Made by a program: the position numbers and the translations under genes. A stretch of DNA of 64,000 nucleotides from Camelus dromedarius (taxonomy: Eukaryota): contig NC_087472.1 of the NCBI RefSeq assembly GCF_036321535.1, positions 102,612,001-102,676,000 of the forward strand, in the 5' to 3' direction. Numbering within the stretch: position 1 is the stretch's first letter; the number at the start of each line of letters is the position of its first letter. Below, one piece after another: positions 52,473 through 64,000 of the stretch. Below the pieces are notes generated by a model. The model searched no databases. It had not been told where the DNA came from and saw only the letters and a program-made list of their open reading frames with translations.

Positions 52473-54332
52473 GAACAGTCATATGAGACGATTTTGATCC
52501 TATTTTTAAATGGAAGAGAACAGGATGGATTTACCAGTAGAGTGGAGTGAGATCTATAAAATTTGACTCTGTGGTCCAAAGAGGAGCATAAGGGAAGAAA
52601 AAAAGGATATGAAAATGTATATATCTAAAACTACCCAGAGAGCACACATCTCTTGCCAGCATTTGCCATGAAAAATCTCGAGTGTTTGAATGGGTCTGAG
52701 TATCTTCCCACTGATAGGAAGGAAGATAGCTCTTACTTTAGATGTGACTCAACTTTTACGGCATACGTCCAGTTCAGATCAAACTAAGATTTAAAGGTTG
52801 GTGACCTTGGCTGGTACCTGTTCATATGTGTGATAGACCTTTCTTAAAAAGAAAGGGAGTTCTTTGTTACTCTGTATAACCTGGATGCAATTGGGGCCCC
52901 AAAATGGCTCGGTCTCTGAGCGATATTGCTTTCAGAGAAATAGTATTGTGGCAGAAAAACATAATCGACAGTAATTCACATCTGTATTCAGACTCTTGAA
53001 GAAAAAAAAATGCCAAAGAAGGGAGTACATTCTTAATGCTTGCAAAACTTTAGAAGAGCATCTTCTTTAGACAATTTTATTGTCCTCAATCTTTCTATAA
53101 GCCTTGTAACAGCGCTTCTCAGAACTCTTTCTGAAAGTGGCTCATGAAAATGTAAAATGTTCTCTTCCCATTTTCTCTTCAGTCTTTGAAAACTCTTCCC
53201 TGAAACCAAAAGGCATGCCTTTTTTGGTCTGTTGACTGAGTCCCCCTCAAGTACGTGGCTACAAATCTCTCTCTTACCCTGTCATGCAGACTCCCGTCAC
53301 CACTGTGATAGTTCCTCTTTCACTACCTCTTTTCCATCTCTGTGTTGTTCATGCACAGTGATGCCTTCCTACAGCTGGTGCTCCTGGCATCTGACCCATT
53401 CTGATACATTTTGGCCTCTGGGGTGGGTAACCCATTTTTATTTCTCTGAGAACCTCTTCATTTCCCAGATTCTATACTCTACAGGAGAAACTTGGCACTT
53501 AACTCTCAAATAAGATTCTTTCCCCTTTAGAAATGGGGGAAAGTGGGAAGGGCTGAAATAGTCACATATTAATATAGCCTTATGTGAATTTGGATTATGT
53601 AAATATGAAATAATGTGATTAAAATATACTTAGAGTCTCATTTCTGGAACAAAAGTTGAAATAATGCAAACCTCCCCAAATGAGAAAAAAAAATCAACAA
53701 TCACATATGTTTAAAGCTGGTGGACTGAATGCATTGAAAACTCTGCTATTGCTGTGGTAGCTGATAAACAGAACTACATGGTGCTCTTCTTTGTCAGCCC
53801 TACGAGAAAATTATTCTTGAATTATAGAAGTTTTAATTATGAAAGATGCTCTGGAAGACACCCGAGCATACTGATTTTGATGTTCTGTCCTGTTGTGTTT
53901 GCTTTTGTGCCTGAAGTGAGAGGAAGGGAAATGTGGAAAACTAGGAAGGTCAAATTTTGAACCGTCAGGAGGAAGAGGGGAACCAGACACTGAATGAGCT
54001 GCTTCAAGGTTCAGGTGAAAATGGGTATCGCTGTGACAGGAGGAGATCCAATGTCCCCACTTCTCCATGGTCCCCAGGACCACTTTGGCATTTCCAAACT
54101 GGCAACTCTGTGACCAGGAGGAGACATGGGCAAAGTGGTTCCAAGATATCCATCAGCCGTGTCAGCATTGAGTCTCCCCATAGTGGTTACATTAGCAAAG
54201 GCATCAATGAGGGGAACTGGAGGAGAAAGGACTGAAGATGCCAGGTGCTGACTGTGGCTGACACACTGGTCCATGGGCACAGGAGAGGCATCTTTTGAAG
54301 GCTTTTATGGATATTTTTGGGGATATTCTTAA

Positions 54333-54741
54333 TTTCATAGAAGGCTTAGAGTTGCTAACATGGCTCGCTGACCAGACTACCTTGATATCGTTGGTAACTT
54401 CTGGGTCTTGGAGCCTTTTAAGGATTTTTTTGCGGGTCTTTGTGAGTAGGAAGGGTTAAATGCAAGAATTTGAGATGCTGATTCCTTGCTTGTAGAATGG
54501 AGGCAAATAATAGCACGTACTTTATGAGACTTTGGTGAGGATTCGCCTAGCTGATGCAGGGAAGGAGCTCAGCATGGTGCCTAGCCTGCATTGGCAGCAC
54601 TCAGTAAACAGGAGCTATGGTGTGGTGGTCACATCTATAGTCTGAAGCATACACTCTGTTTCATAGAACCCTTGTGGTTGCTTGTATGGCTTGCTGACAG
54701 GACTACCTTGATATCGCTGGTAACGTCTGGGTCTTGGATCC
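54333..54741. repeat. Local direct repeat, two 83-bp copies 326 bp apart
   Basis: 54333-54415 versus 54659-54741, ungapped, 69/83 identical by hand alignment. Confidence 0.9.
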
Positions 54742-55404
54742 CTCCTAATGTTCAATCATTGATCCGGCAGGAGGACTCAGCTCATGAGTCCTTCTTAATC
54801 TTGGGCCCTCTGTAAAGGGAACTGCCATTGCAGTCGACATTTTCTAATATTCTGCCACATCTTCTGGAAAACAGGAACTTCTTACTCAAGAGAGATGGTA
54901 TTTTATCAGGCAAGATCAAGCCATTCTGAGAGAGGGCAAATTACCTGTATGTTCTCATTCAGTGACCTTTCAGAAAAACTACTGCCATTTCCTTTTTTCT
55001 TTATTAAATGGCAGAAAAATTCTGCAAAAGCTATTAGTGGAAGTTTGTAATTCTAACTATACTAAAGCCAACTTTTTTTCGTCTCTATTATACTCAAAAT
55101 GGCAGGTTGAATGAATCTTTGAAGTATGACTAGGGATTTCCATGGCAACCAGGTAGGACTAAGGGAGGAAACCAAGTTCTGGGGCATAAGTACTTTTCTC
55201 CCACTCCTTGGGGACCCTAGAGAATCTGTCTGTGGACAGCACCTTGCTGTGTGCTCAAGTCTGGAGCTCCAAGCACCCCCTTCTACTCAAGGTGGGGCCA
55301 ATGGAGGTTGCAGTGCCTGCTTGTAGCAAAAGAATTCCAATGAATAATAATACCATGAATTGGATTATATTTTTCAATCCATAAAGTGTTATTGTTTACA
55401 TTAT

Positions 55405-55656
55405 TTTAGGCGGGGTAGAGGGGTGAATTGGGAGTTTGGGAGTTTGGAATTTGCAGATACTAACTATATATAAAATAGATAGGTAACAAGGTCCTACTGT
55501 ATAGCACAGGGAACTATATTAAATATCTTAAAATAGTCTACAATGAAAAGATGATGAAAAAGAATATATATGTATGTATAACTGAATCACTATGCTGTAC
55601 ACCAGAAATCAACACAATATTGTAAACCAATTATACTTCAATTTAAAATTAAATAA
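55405..55656 (+). mobile_element. Artiodactyl L1 3' end
   Basis: Contains gtcctactgtatagcacagggaactatatt...tgctgtacaccagaaa...tatacttcaatttaaaa. Confidence 0.85.
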
Positions 55657-57039
55657 GTGATCCTTAAAATATGAAATAAATAAGTCTTTGGCCTTAAAAA
55701 AAATTATTTTATGTAGTCATGTTACCACTCTAACGTAAGTTACCTCCATTCTAAAGGTGAGGAAGTGGGTTCAGAAAGGTGAAGTGGTTGGCTTGAGTCA
55801 AGTGGAAGAGCCAGGCCTTGTACCATCCAACTCTAAGAACATTCCTTGGGGCCATGGTATGTGCCAGAACCTTCTTCCCAGGGTCTCCCCTGTCCACTGT
55901 GGCAGGTTAGGTGGTTGGAGAGAGTGAGGCTTTACCTGTGTCCTCATTGGAGGCTGTAATGGAAAACGGGACACGGCTTTATGTATTTTCATGAAAGGCT
56001 CCCATGCCAGAAGAGAGGACCAAGACTTTGTGGGAAAAAATGCATGTGGCATTTCTCCCATGGGTCCTGATTCTTTGCCTACTGAAGTGTAGAGGTCCTC
56101 ATCAATCACAATAATGAAAGCCACTCTTATTGCGTCTTTTAACACAATCCTTCCACAGTTTCCTTCAATTGCACTGATTATTTTCCATTATGAGTTTATT
56201 CTTTTCTGAGCTTTTTCCTCAAGAAGCTTCTGCAATTTTAGTCGCAATTACTATTATAAGAAGTGGCTCTCTGGTGGCACAATGGAATGGATGGGGGTTG
56301 TGTCATTTCAACCTCTCTTATAAAGCATCCTCTGATTTTTGTTTGGGATGAGAGAACTGGCTGCTGATTGGAGTTGGATGGACTGTATGAGTATCCTGGC
56401 TCTTTCATTATGATGAAATAGCATTGAAATTATTTTCCAGCTTTAGAAGTATCTCCCTCCTTTCCTTTCTACTTCAAGCCTGCTGTGAAGCATGATTTTC
56501 TCTGGAAACTTTCCTGGCTCTCCTGCTTCCTTTTCATTCCCACCCTAATCCCAGACTAATCAGTGGCCATCTTAGGCCCGCAGTGCATCATCTGCTCCTT
56601 TCTGGCTTCTTACTTTCTTGTCTTCATTCCAATGCATCCGACACAGAGCAGCATGAATACTTTCTTCAGCTTTTGTTTGGATTAGGTCACTCCCATTCTA
56701 AGAAGCCCAGAATAACTCTCAATTACTTCTTGAATAAAATTAAACCTCCTAATTATATACTCTAAAGTCCTCAGCCTGTAAACCCGTTCACTTAAAGGCC
56801 CTCCTTGGGCATCTTGCTCCAGCTACATAAGCCCGTTTATACTCCCTACCCATAGTGCACGTTTATACCTACCTGTTAACCCATGAGCCTTGGAACATCC
56901 CACCCCTTCTGTACGGAATGCCTCCCCTCTTCATTTTACCAGGAAAATAATTGGTTTAACTTTGTATAACTTGGTATTTCTCAAATTTATTTTCCCACAA
57001 AACACTTTTGCTCACAAGATGGCTATTCAAACTGTGCTA

Positions 57040-57850
57040 GATAGCTTCTTTACTCTTTGCTCCTCCATATTCACCCTTGACCCTCCTTCACTCTGCTCTG
57101 TGCTCATGGGGGAGGCTGACCTGTCTGAACCATATCAATGGGTCCCCCTTGACCTCTGTTGTGGTTAGTTTTATGTGTCAACTTGCCTGGGCTGTATTTC
57201 CCACTTATTTAATTCTGCCTGAATCTAGAGATTGCTGTGAAGTTATTTTTGTGGCCAACATTGACAGTCAGTGCACTTTAAGTAAAGCAGGTTACTGGCA
57301 ATAATATGGGTGGGCCTCATCCAATCAGTTGAAGGCCTTAAGAGCAAAATCTGCAGTTTCCTGAAGAAGAAATTCTAGTTCAAGATTGCAATATCAACGG
57401 CACACCTCCACCCCAATCACATGAGCCAATTCCTGAATACTAATCTCTTTCCTTCTCAGTATTGCTTCTGTTTCTCTGGAGCTTCTGGGTTGGTTTGGCC
57501 AGTAAGGCCTACCCGCAGGTGATTAGAGGGAGGAAGGAGAGTGGGGTTAGGATATTTATTCTCTGGATCACACTCTGCTGGGTCAGTTATGGTTGCCTGC
57601 GTCCATGGACAAAAATCCTAGCTTTTATCTGGAGCCATCTTCTTGTGACCCTTCCCTTCTTGATTATGGGGTCAGTAAATCACTCTCTTTCCCCACAGGA
57701 TGGTCACAGCTCCCTGCTCCTACTAGATCTGGGGGTCCTGCACTATCTCTTGTGGTTTCCCTCCACTCTGACCTCATCTCTGTGAATAGCCCATTGTTTA
57801 ATTTCCCTCAAATTGCCCAATTTGAAGTACCCTTTGTTTCCTGACATATC
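57040..57850. mobile_element. Old ERVL LTR (LTR33-like) interrupted by an MLT2 LTR (~57157-57481)
   Basis: An MLT2 signature (ttttatgtgtcaacttg...gggtgggcctcatccaatcagttgaaggcctta) sits inside ctgctctgtgc...gggaggctgacc...gcttctgggttggtttggcc. Confidence 0.7.
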
Positions 57851-58574
57851 ATTAGCTGATATCACGTGAGACTAGTGCTCCAAGGAACATACTTTGGGAA
57901 ACTATGCTTTAACTTCAACCTTTCTCTTATTAGGGTGGCAAAATTGGATGGCTCACTGTTTCCCAAAACAGCCTGGGAGAAGCCAGGACAGACGTCATAG
58001 AAAAAAGATTTCTGGGTTAGGAGTTGAACCTAACATTCAGTTCAGCTGGAGGGAAGGTGGGCATGGTGACAGAGTGAAAACTAACATTTGTGGACTTGGC
58101 GATTATAAAATACTTCTGCACATTTTATCTCATTTGAGCCTCTCAACAATCCCAGGAGGTGGGCAATTATCCTGTGTCACAGATAATCAAGGAGATGAGC
58201 AAATGAGCAGGGTGTGTTCAGGGATGCTGGAGAAACCTATTTAATTAAAGCAGAGAGTTGTTGATGAAAAGTAGAGAAGAATAAGGTTTCTATAGGACGG
58301 GCAGGGCCAAATTATGCATGTTCCTGAGGGTGGAGGTGAGGAGTTTGGGTTGATGTAAGAGACTGCAGAGAGCTTTTGAAGAATTATTTTAAAATTTGTA
58401 GTTGACTATATGAATAATTACATGTTCATGGTAGAATATTTAGGAAAGTAAAGTCTAAAGAAGAAAATAAACATCACCCATAATTTTATGACCAGGCTAT
58501 ATCCTTGTTTATTTCCTCTTCAAACTCTAGATCAATCAACATTGATAGTATTGTGCTGTGTTTTATTCATCTGA

Positions 58575-58770
58575 TGCAATTTCTTAACTGTGGCACCATT
58601 GACAGGATAATTCTTTGTTGTAGGGGGAGAGAGTTGCCTGTGTATTGTAGGATGTTTAACAGCATCCCTGGCCTTTACCCAGTAGATGCCAGTAGTGCCC
58701 CTACCCCTATTTATGATGAGCAAAAATGAATCCAGACATTGTCAACTGTCCTTTGCTAGGCAGAATCATA
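58575..58770. mobile_element. MER20 hAT transposon
   Basis: Contains ggataattctttgttg...tgtaggatgtttaacagcatccctggcc...tagatgccagtag. Confidence 0.85.
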
Positions 58771-60299
58771 GATTCTGAATCTATGATCCAACTATATTGT
58801 GAGCACTTTCTCCATATCATTAATAATCATTGAAAACCCATGTGATGGATATACCATACTTTATTTACTCATGGCTTTTTTGTTGTTGTTGAATGTTTAG
58901 TCTGTTACATATATATATAAATAGATATTGAAAAAAATATATATATATATTGCCATCATGAGTGATGATGTATCCTTACATATAAATCTTTAGTTGGATC
59001 TCTGATTATCTCCTGAGGACCAATCCCTCGAAGTGCATTTCTGAGTCAAAGGGCATGAACATTTCAAGGCTCCCAGTATATTTGTCTGAAAAAGGGCCTT
59101 CCAGAATGGTTGTATGAATAGACACACCCACTAAACTGTGATGCATGAGTATTCCCATGCCGACCCTCATACCAACCCTCGTAAGCCTTGAGGATTATCC
59201 TTCAAAATACTTTTTTACAGGTTAAAAAAAATATCCTGAATATTTTAATTTGCACTTTATGATCTTTGGTAAAGTTTGCTCACGTGTTGCTTCGAAATTT
59301 GACTTCCTCCTACCTAACTTGTAAATTGTTTTTATTTTGTTTACTTTTAAAATGTGTTGACTTCCTCTTACGTATCTTGTAAAGTGTTGAATGTTTTAAT
59401 CATTATGAGGGCAATGTTTAGAAAAACATCAGCTGGCTTGTGTTTAGGGGGTACTATACTGATTTTAAGTTCTTTTTCTGACGTGTATTGTTTTCTCAAT
59501 TTTCAGCTCAGATTCAGTTGCCCCACCATGTCAGAAAGTCATTCAACTTTTGGAAGAAAATCTGTCTCCTTCCTTAAAAGAGGCATTGAGAGAAAGAAAG
59601 AAAAGAAAGTAACTTTCAATAGACTTTTCAATTTTCTAGTTTACAACCTCAAAGTTGCACTTCATGTAGCTGAGTCTGCTGGTGTTTTCTCATTAGTATT
59701 ATACAGTAGATTGTTAACTCATTGTGTTCTCCCAGGGATGCAAAACTAGAACTGGAATCCAGTCCTGCTCTTCCCTCATCTATTTCTATAATCTTGGGCG
59801 AATTTCTTCGTGTTCCTGAACCTCTCTTCATTTGTAAAATAACACGGGGAGAGAAGATGATCTCTCAGAACCTTTCAAAATCTGTATATTTGTGTTCATG
59901 TGAGAGAAGGAAGAGAACTCAACCAGCAACCACTTGGGACCCTGGAGTCTTGTTTTGGGTGGGGAAGGAGGAGGGTTGGGATTCTGAAATAATATAATAA
60001 AAAATGTCAAATGTAACACTTGTATTTGTATTCTAATCATTAATGAACTTTACTTGGTTACCTTTTTTCATTCTACAGCCCTTTTGTTCACCAACAGTGA
60101 GAATTTTCCTGGAGTGTTGAATGCGAAAAGGGCAGAGATAGAATGTGAATGTTTATATAGGGCTGTTGTTGAGACAGGAAGTCACAAAATTGCCTTTGCC
60201 AGTGATATAATATATATAATTGTTATCTATACATGTTACAATTAATATGTATGTACTATATCTATAAATATTATATATAACTGATCCATCCATATATCT

Positions 60300-60453
60300 G
60301 CTTATTGAATGTCTTCTCCACAGGAATGGAAGTTCCGTGAGGGGAGAGACTTTATCTTGTCCATCATGGGATCTTCAGCACCTGAGACAGTGCCCAGCAT
60401 ATGGTACCTGCTCGGTAGGTAAGTGAAGAAGAGTTGCATAAATGAATGAATGA
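60300..60453 (+). mobile_element. L2 3' end
   Basis: Contains gaatggaagttccgtgaggg...cagcacctgagacagtgcccagca...aatgaatgaatga. Confidence 0.8.
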
Positions 60454-60464
60454 GGATGTCAGCT

Positions 60465-61275
60465 CTCAAAAACACAGGAGATAAATGCTGGCAAGGATGT
60501 AGAGAAAAGGGAACCCTTGTGCACTGCTGGTGGGACTGTAAACTGGTATAGTCATTGTGGAAAACAGTATGGAGGCTCCTGAAAAAATTAAAAAATAGAA
60601 CTACCATATAATCCAGTAATCCCATTTATGGGTATGAATAGAAAGGAAAGGAAATCACTATCTTGCAGAGATATCTGTGTCCCTGCGTTCATTGCAGTAG
60701 CATTTACAGTAGCCAAGACTTGGAAACATCCTAAGTGTCCATTGATAAGTGGATAAAGAAAATGTGATGTAAATGTATAATGGAATATTATTCATCCATG
60801 AAAAAGAGTGAAATTCTGCCACTTGCAACAATGATGAAATTGGAGGGCATTATAATAAACCAGACAGAAAGACAAACACTGTATGGTATCATTTATACGT
60901 GGAATCTGAAAAAAAAAAAAAACAAAACTCATAGAAACAGTACAACCGTGGTTGCCAGAGACTGGAGGTTGGGGAAATATTGGTCAAAGGGTACAAAATT
61001 TCAGTTAGATGAATAAATTCTGAGGATCTAATGTACAGCACAGTGACTATAGTTAATAATTCTGTATTGTATACTTGAAACCTGCTGAGAGTAGATCTTA
61101 AGGATTCTTACCAAAAAAAAAAAAAAAAGGGAGGGGAGGAGGTAACCATGAAAGGTGATAGATATGTTAATTAACTTGATTATATATATATTATGAAATG
61201 ATTAACACATACAACGTGATGGTTTGATATACACATATATGTAAATACATTAATTTTTTTTGTTAATTATACCTC
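60465..61275 (+). mobile_element. L1MA-like 3' region
   Basis: Contains aaatgctggcaaggatgtagagaaaagggaaccc...atagaactaccatat...gtgactatagttaataat. Confidence 0.9.
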
Positions 61276-61633
61276 AGTACCGCTGGAAAACAATCAGTGA
61301 CTGAGTAAACTGGACATCTCTGCAGCACATACAAATATAACTCATGAGTACAACTTACTCAGCCACAAGAGCTCTCTGCTTGTAACGGTTTTGTGTCTGT
61401 AGAGCTTGCACCCTAATCATGTTCCTCTAAATGTGTCCTCTGAAAACAACCCCAGCATAGGTAGCTGTTTTTCAGTTAACTAAAATGATGAAACCAATCA
61501 TGTTTGTGAATGATTGACTGAAGGAATGGATGGAGAAATGAAAGAGGTGAAGGCACAAATGAGTTAACATGCAAGTAAAACGAACTTGGCTAAAAAAATA
61601 AATTGAAAGAAGAGTTTCCCTTTACCATCATTT

Positions 61634-62366
61634 TGTTACCAAATGTGGGCTGGCTGCTTGCCACTCATTAAATCAATAAGCAGAGGCAATGCTGATAGAA
61701 AGGAAAATTACTTTTAATCAGAATGCTGGCAATTTGGGGAGATGATGGACTTAAGTCCCCAAGGACCATCTCAGAAGATTCTGCTTAGCCATGGAAGTTT
61801 TAAAGGGAACAGGGGAAAGAATCATTGAGATGGGGTAAGAGTTGGCGCCACCCCCTGGATTGCATGCAGGCATCGTGTGCAGACTTCGTTGTGCAGGCTT
61901 CGTTGTCGGCATCCCCAGTGCATGCAGGACTGTCAATTCTCTGAATTTCTTTTAGATACTATCTTGTTCACGAAGTTTGTTTGTAAAATAATCCAAGGGG
62001 AAGCTGAGGAACGGATCTGGTCATATGTTAATTACTTACTCTTCACTTCAACTTCTTTGATCTAGGAAAGAACCAACAGATTAGGCAAGGTATTGTGTGA
62101 TCAACAGAAAGGGATGAGGGTGCCTGGTTTAAGGTTAGTCACAAGACAAAAGGGGCCTCCTGCAGAGAGCTGTTTCCTGCCCAAAGCTGCCTACATGGTG
62201 GTAGTTACAGTATCTGTAAAATAACTCAGCTTAATCACCAACTGCTTGACCCTGCTCTTTTGTGACTCACTCGGGGAGGCCTTGGAGACTTTAGCTTTTC
62301 TATAAACAAAAGGCAGGGGATGGTGGGAGGCAGGGGTGGAGGTGCACAAGGTCCTGTTTGGCTGCA
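61634..62366 (-). mobile_element. ERV1-type solo LTR (733 bp)
   Basis: TG...CA termini and a perfect 4-bp TSD attt (61630-61633, 62367-62370). ATTAAA on the minus strand near 61713. Confidence 0.85.
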
Positions 62367-63209
62367 ATTTAAATGCTTTTATGAAGATAATTTTGGAAAT
62401 AAGTTCTGCCAATATGATTATCATTTATTAAGGCAGAAATGCATGAAAGCAGGTGCTATCAAATATTTTATCACTTAGGATGTAGATTAATATGTGTTCA
62501 CAAATGTATTAACAGGAAGGATGGTGAAGCTACAGATGCAGATAATCTATCTATCATCTATCTACAGATACAGTTACAGGGAGAGGGAGCCCAGTTCAGG
62601 ACTACGAAACAGTGAGAAACATTGAGCGCCATTTGCTGACTCACTTGTAAAATGAGAATGGAAATTCTGTCAAAGATGGTAGGGAATAGATATGATTGCA
62701 ATGATTGCAAGACATTTGCAAAATACAAATAGATTTTGTGACATTATCTTTGCAGTAGCAGGCAGTTTCAAACTTCATTCTGCTTTGAAGTTGTAGATAA
62801 GTAATTAAACAGCACGAGACTTCAGCACTTTGTAATTGTGTGTAAAATTTGTTCCAGAAGTTCAGGAAGGCTGAGACATAGGGCCGTGCCTTTGCCAATT
62901 GTTTTCAAATGGGCGGTCAGGGTGTCTGGGCGCTCAAATGAATGCTCAAAAGTAGTAAGACAGGAGAGTCGATTTGAATCACACATTCTCTTCAGAGACA
63001 AACTTCTTCAATCTCTAAACAAGTTAAATCACTACTTCTTAAAATGAATTACCCTTTCTGCTGGTAATTGAAGGGACTTTTCAGCATTTAACCAGCATCC
63101 ATAATGTGCATTTGGCAGTGAGCTTATACTTTATGGTTTATTCTTCAGAAAGCTTTCATTCAGCCTGTTTTGAGGTTCTAATGACTACTGTGACTATGTC
63201 TAATTAGTT

Positions 63210-63560
63210 TGTGGCAGACTTCAGTGGGCTATTCACCATGCTTGTTTTCTTTCCTTCTAGACACACAGCTGGACTACATTTCCCAGCTTCCCTTGCAGTT
63301 AAGGACAGTCAGGTGTCTGAGCACTGGCCTGTGAGGTATAGGTGGAAGCTCTGTGGATCTTTCAGGTTTGATACATTACAACCTCCCCTGTGATCCTCTG
63401 CTCTAAGGTGGCAAAATCTTGTCAGCCTTAGTCTCTGGGATATTCTGTGGAGCAGGTTACTATTGCAGTAACCAGTTACCAGCTCCAGTCTCCAGCTGAC
63501 AGGGCTTTATTTGAGAGAGTAATCAGCTTTGAGATTTCTAGGCAGCTAGCATTACCATAA
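63210..63560 (+). mobile_element. Old MaLR/ERVL LTR fragment
   Basis: The motif gactacatttcccagcttcccttgcagttaagg is typical of MLT1J/LTR16-type elements. Confidence 0.55.
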
Positions 63561-64000
63561 TTCACATAGAGGATGGAGAATGGAAGAGTAGAAGCAACAG
63601 AAATACGGTGCAAACAACAGAAGCAGAAATTTCGATGACCATTATGTTTGTAAAAATAGAAATGACAGGAGTGGGATTGACCCCTCCCACTGTAGTGATC
63701 TGAGCCAGTTCATTTTCAAAACATTACGCAGCAGCTGCCCACAAGCTGGGAAATAATTGAAGTGGGGCCTCAGTAAGAACCAACAAAAATAATAACCAAA
63801 ATGAATGTAAAAAATTTCAGTTCAGAAAAAAATTCATGAAAAAGGACACTACCCTGTTTATAATTCAAAGACAAAAAGATCCTGGTGGGTGTGGCCATTT
63901 GGGAAAGAGGCGCTGTCCTTAGCAATCATTACAGGAGCCCTCAGGAACTCTGGAGTGAAGAAGCCTCCTTCAGCATCATTAAGATGGAATGTAGTGAGAA

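Noticed and set aside
53957..54280. Exon-like GC-richer stretch with 89-92 aa ORFs on both strands
   Set aside because: No recognisable protein in any frame and no convincing paired splice sites.
1..64000. CRISPR array, operon or other prokaryote-style system
   Set aside because: The window is repeat-rich mammalian DNA with no regularly spaced repeat-spacer array and no dense long ORFs.

Overview
This is mammalian (eutherian) non-coding genomic DNA. It is almost certainly camelid, because it carries eight copies of a tRNA-derived SINE resembling the camelid Vic-1 family plus artiodactyl-type L1 3' ends. A large share of the window is interspersed repeat: L1, L2, MIR, MaLR/ERVL/ERV1 solo LTRs and hAT/Tigger DNA transposons. 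I could not support any intact protein-coding exon, and the supplied ORFs look like chance or repeat-derived frames. The one gene-derived feature I can name is a full-length processed ferritin light chain (FTL) pseudogene on the minus strand (~43676-45030). It is split by an ERV1-type solo LTR with a 4-bp TSD and has a mutated iron-responsive element. The clearest structural findings are an L1 3' transduction with a 16-bp TSD nested in a MER58, a two-part L1 chimera under one TSD, an unexplained 83-bp direct repeat that brackets a possible 53-nt duplicated exon, and a strong CTCF motif next to a CpG-enriched candidate first exon. I found no convincing evidence of a new multi-gene biological system. 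Repeat subfamily names come from remembered consensus sequences, and repeat boundaries are approximate unless a TSD is quoted.
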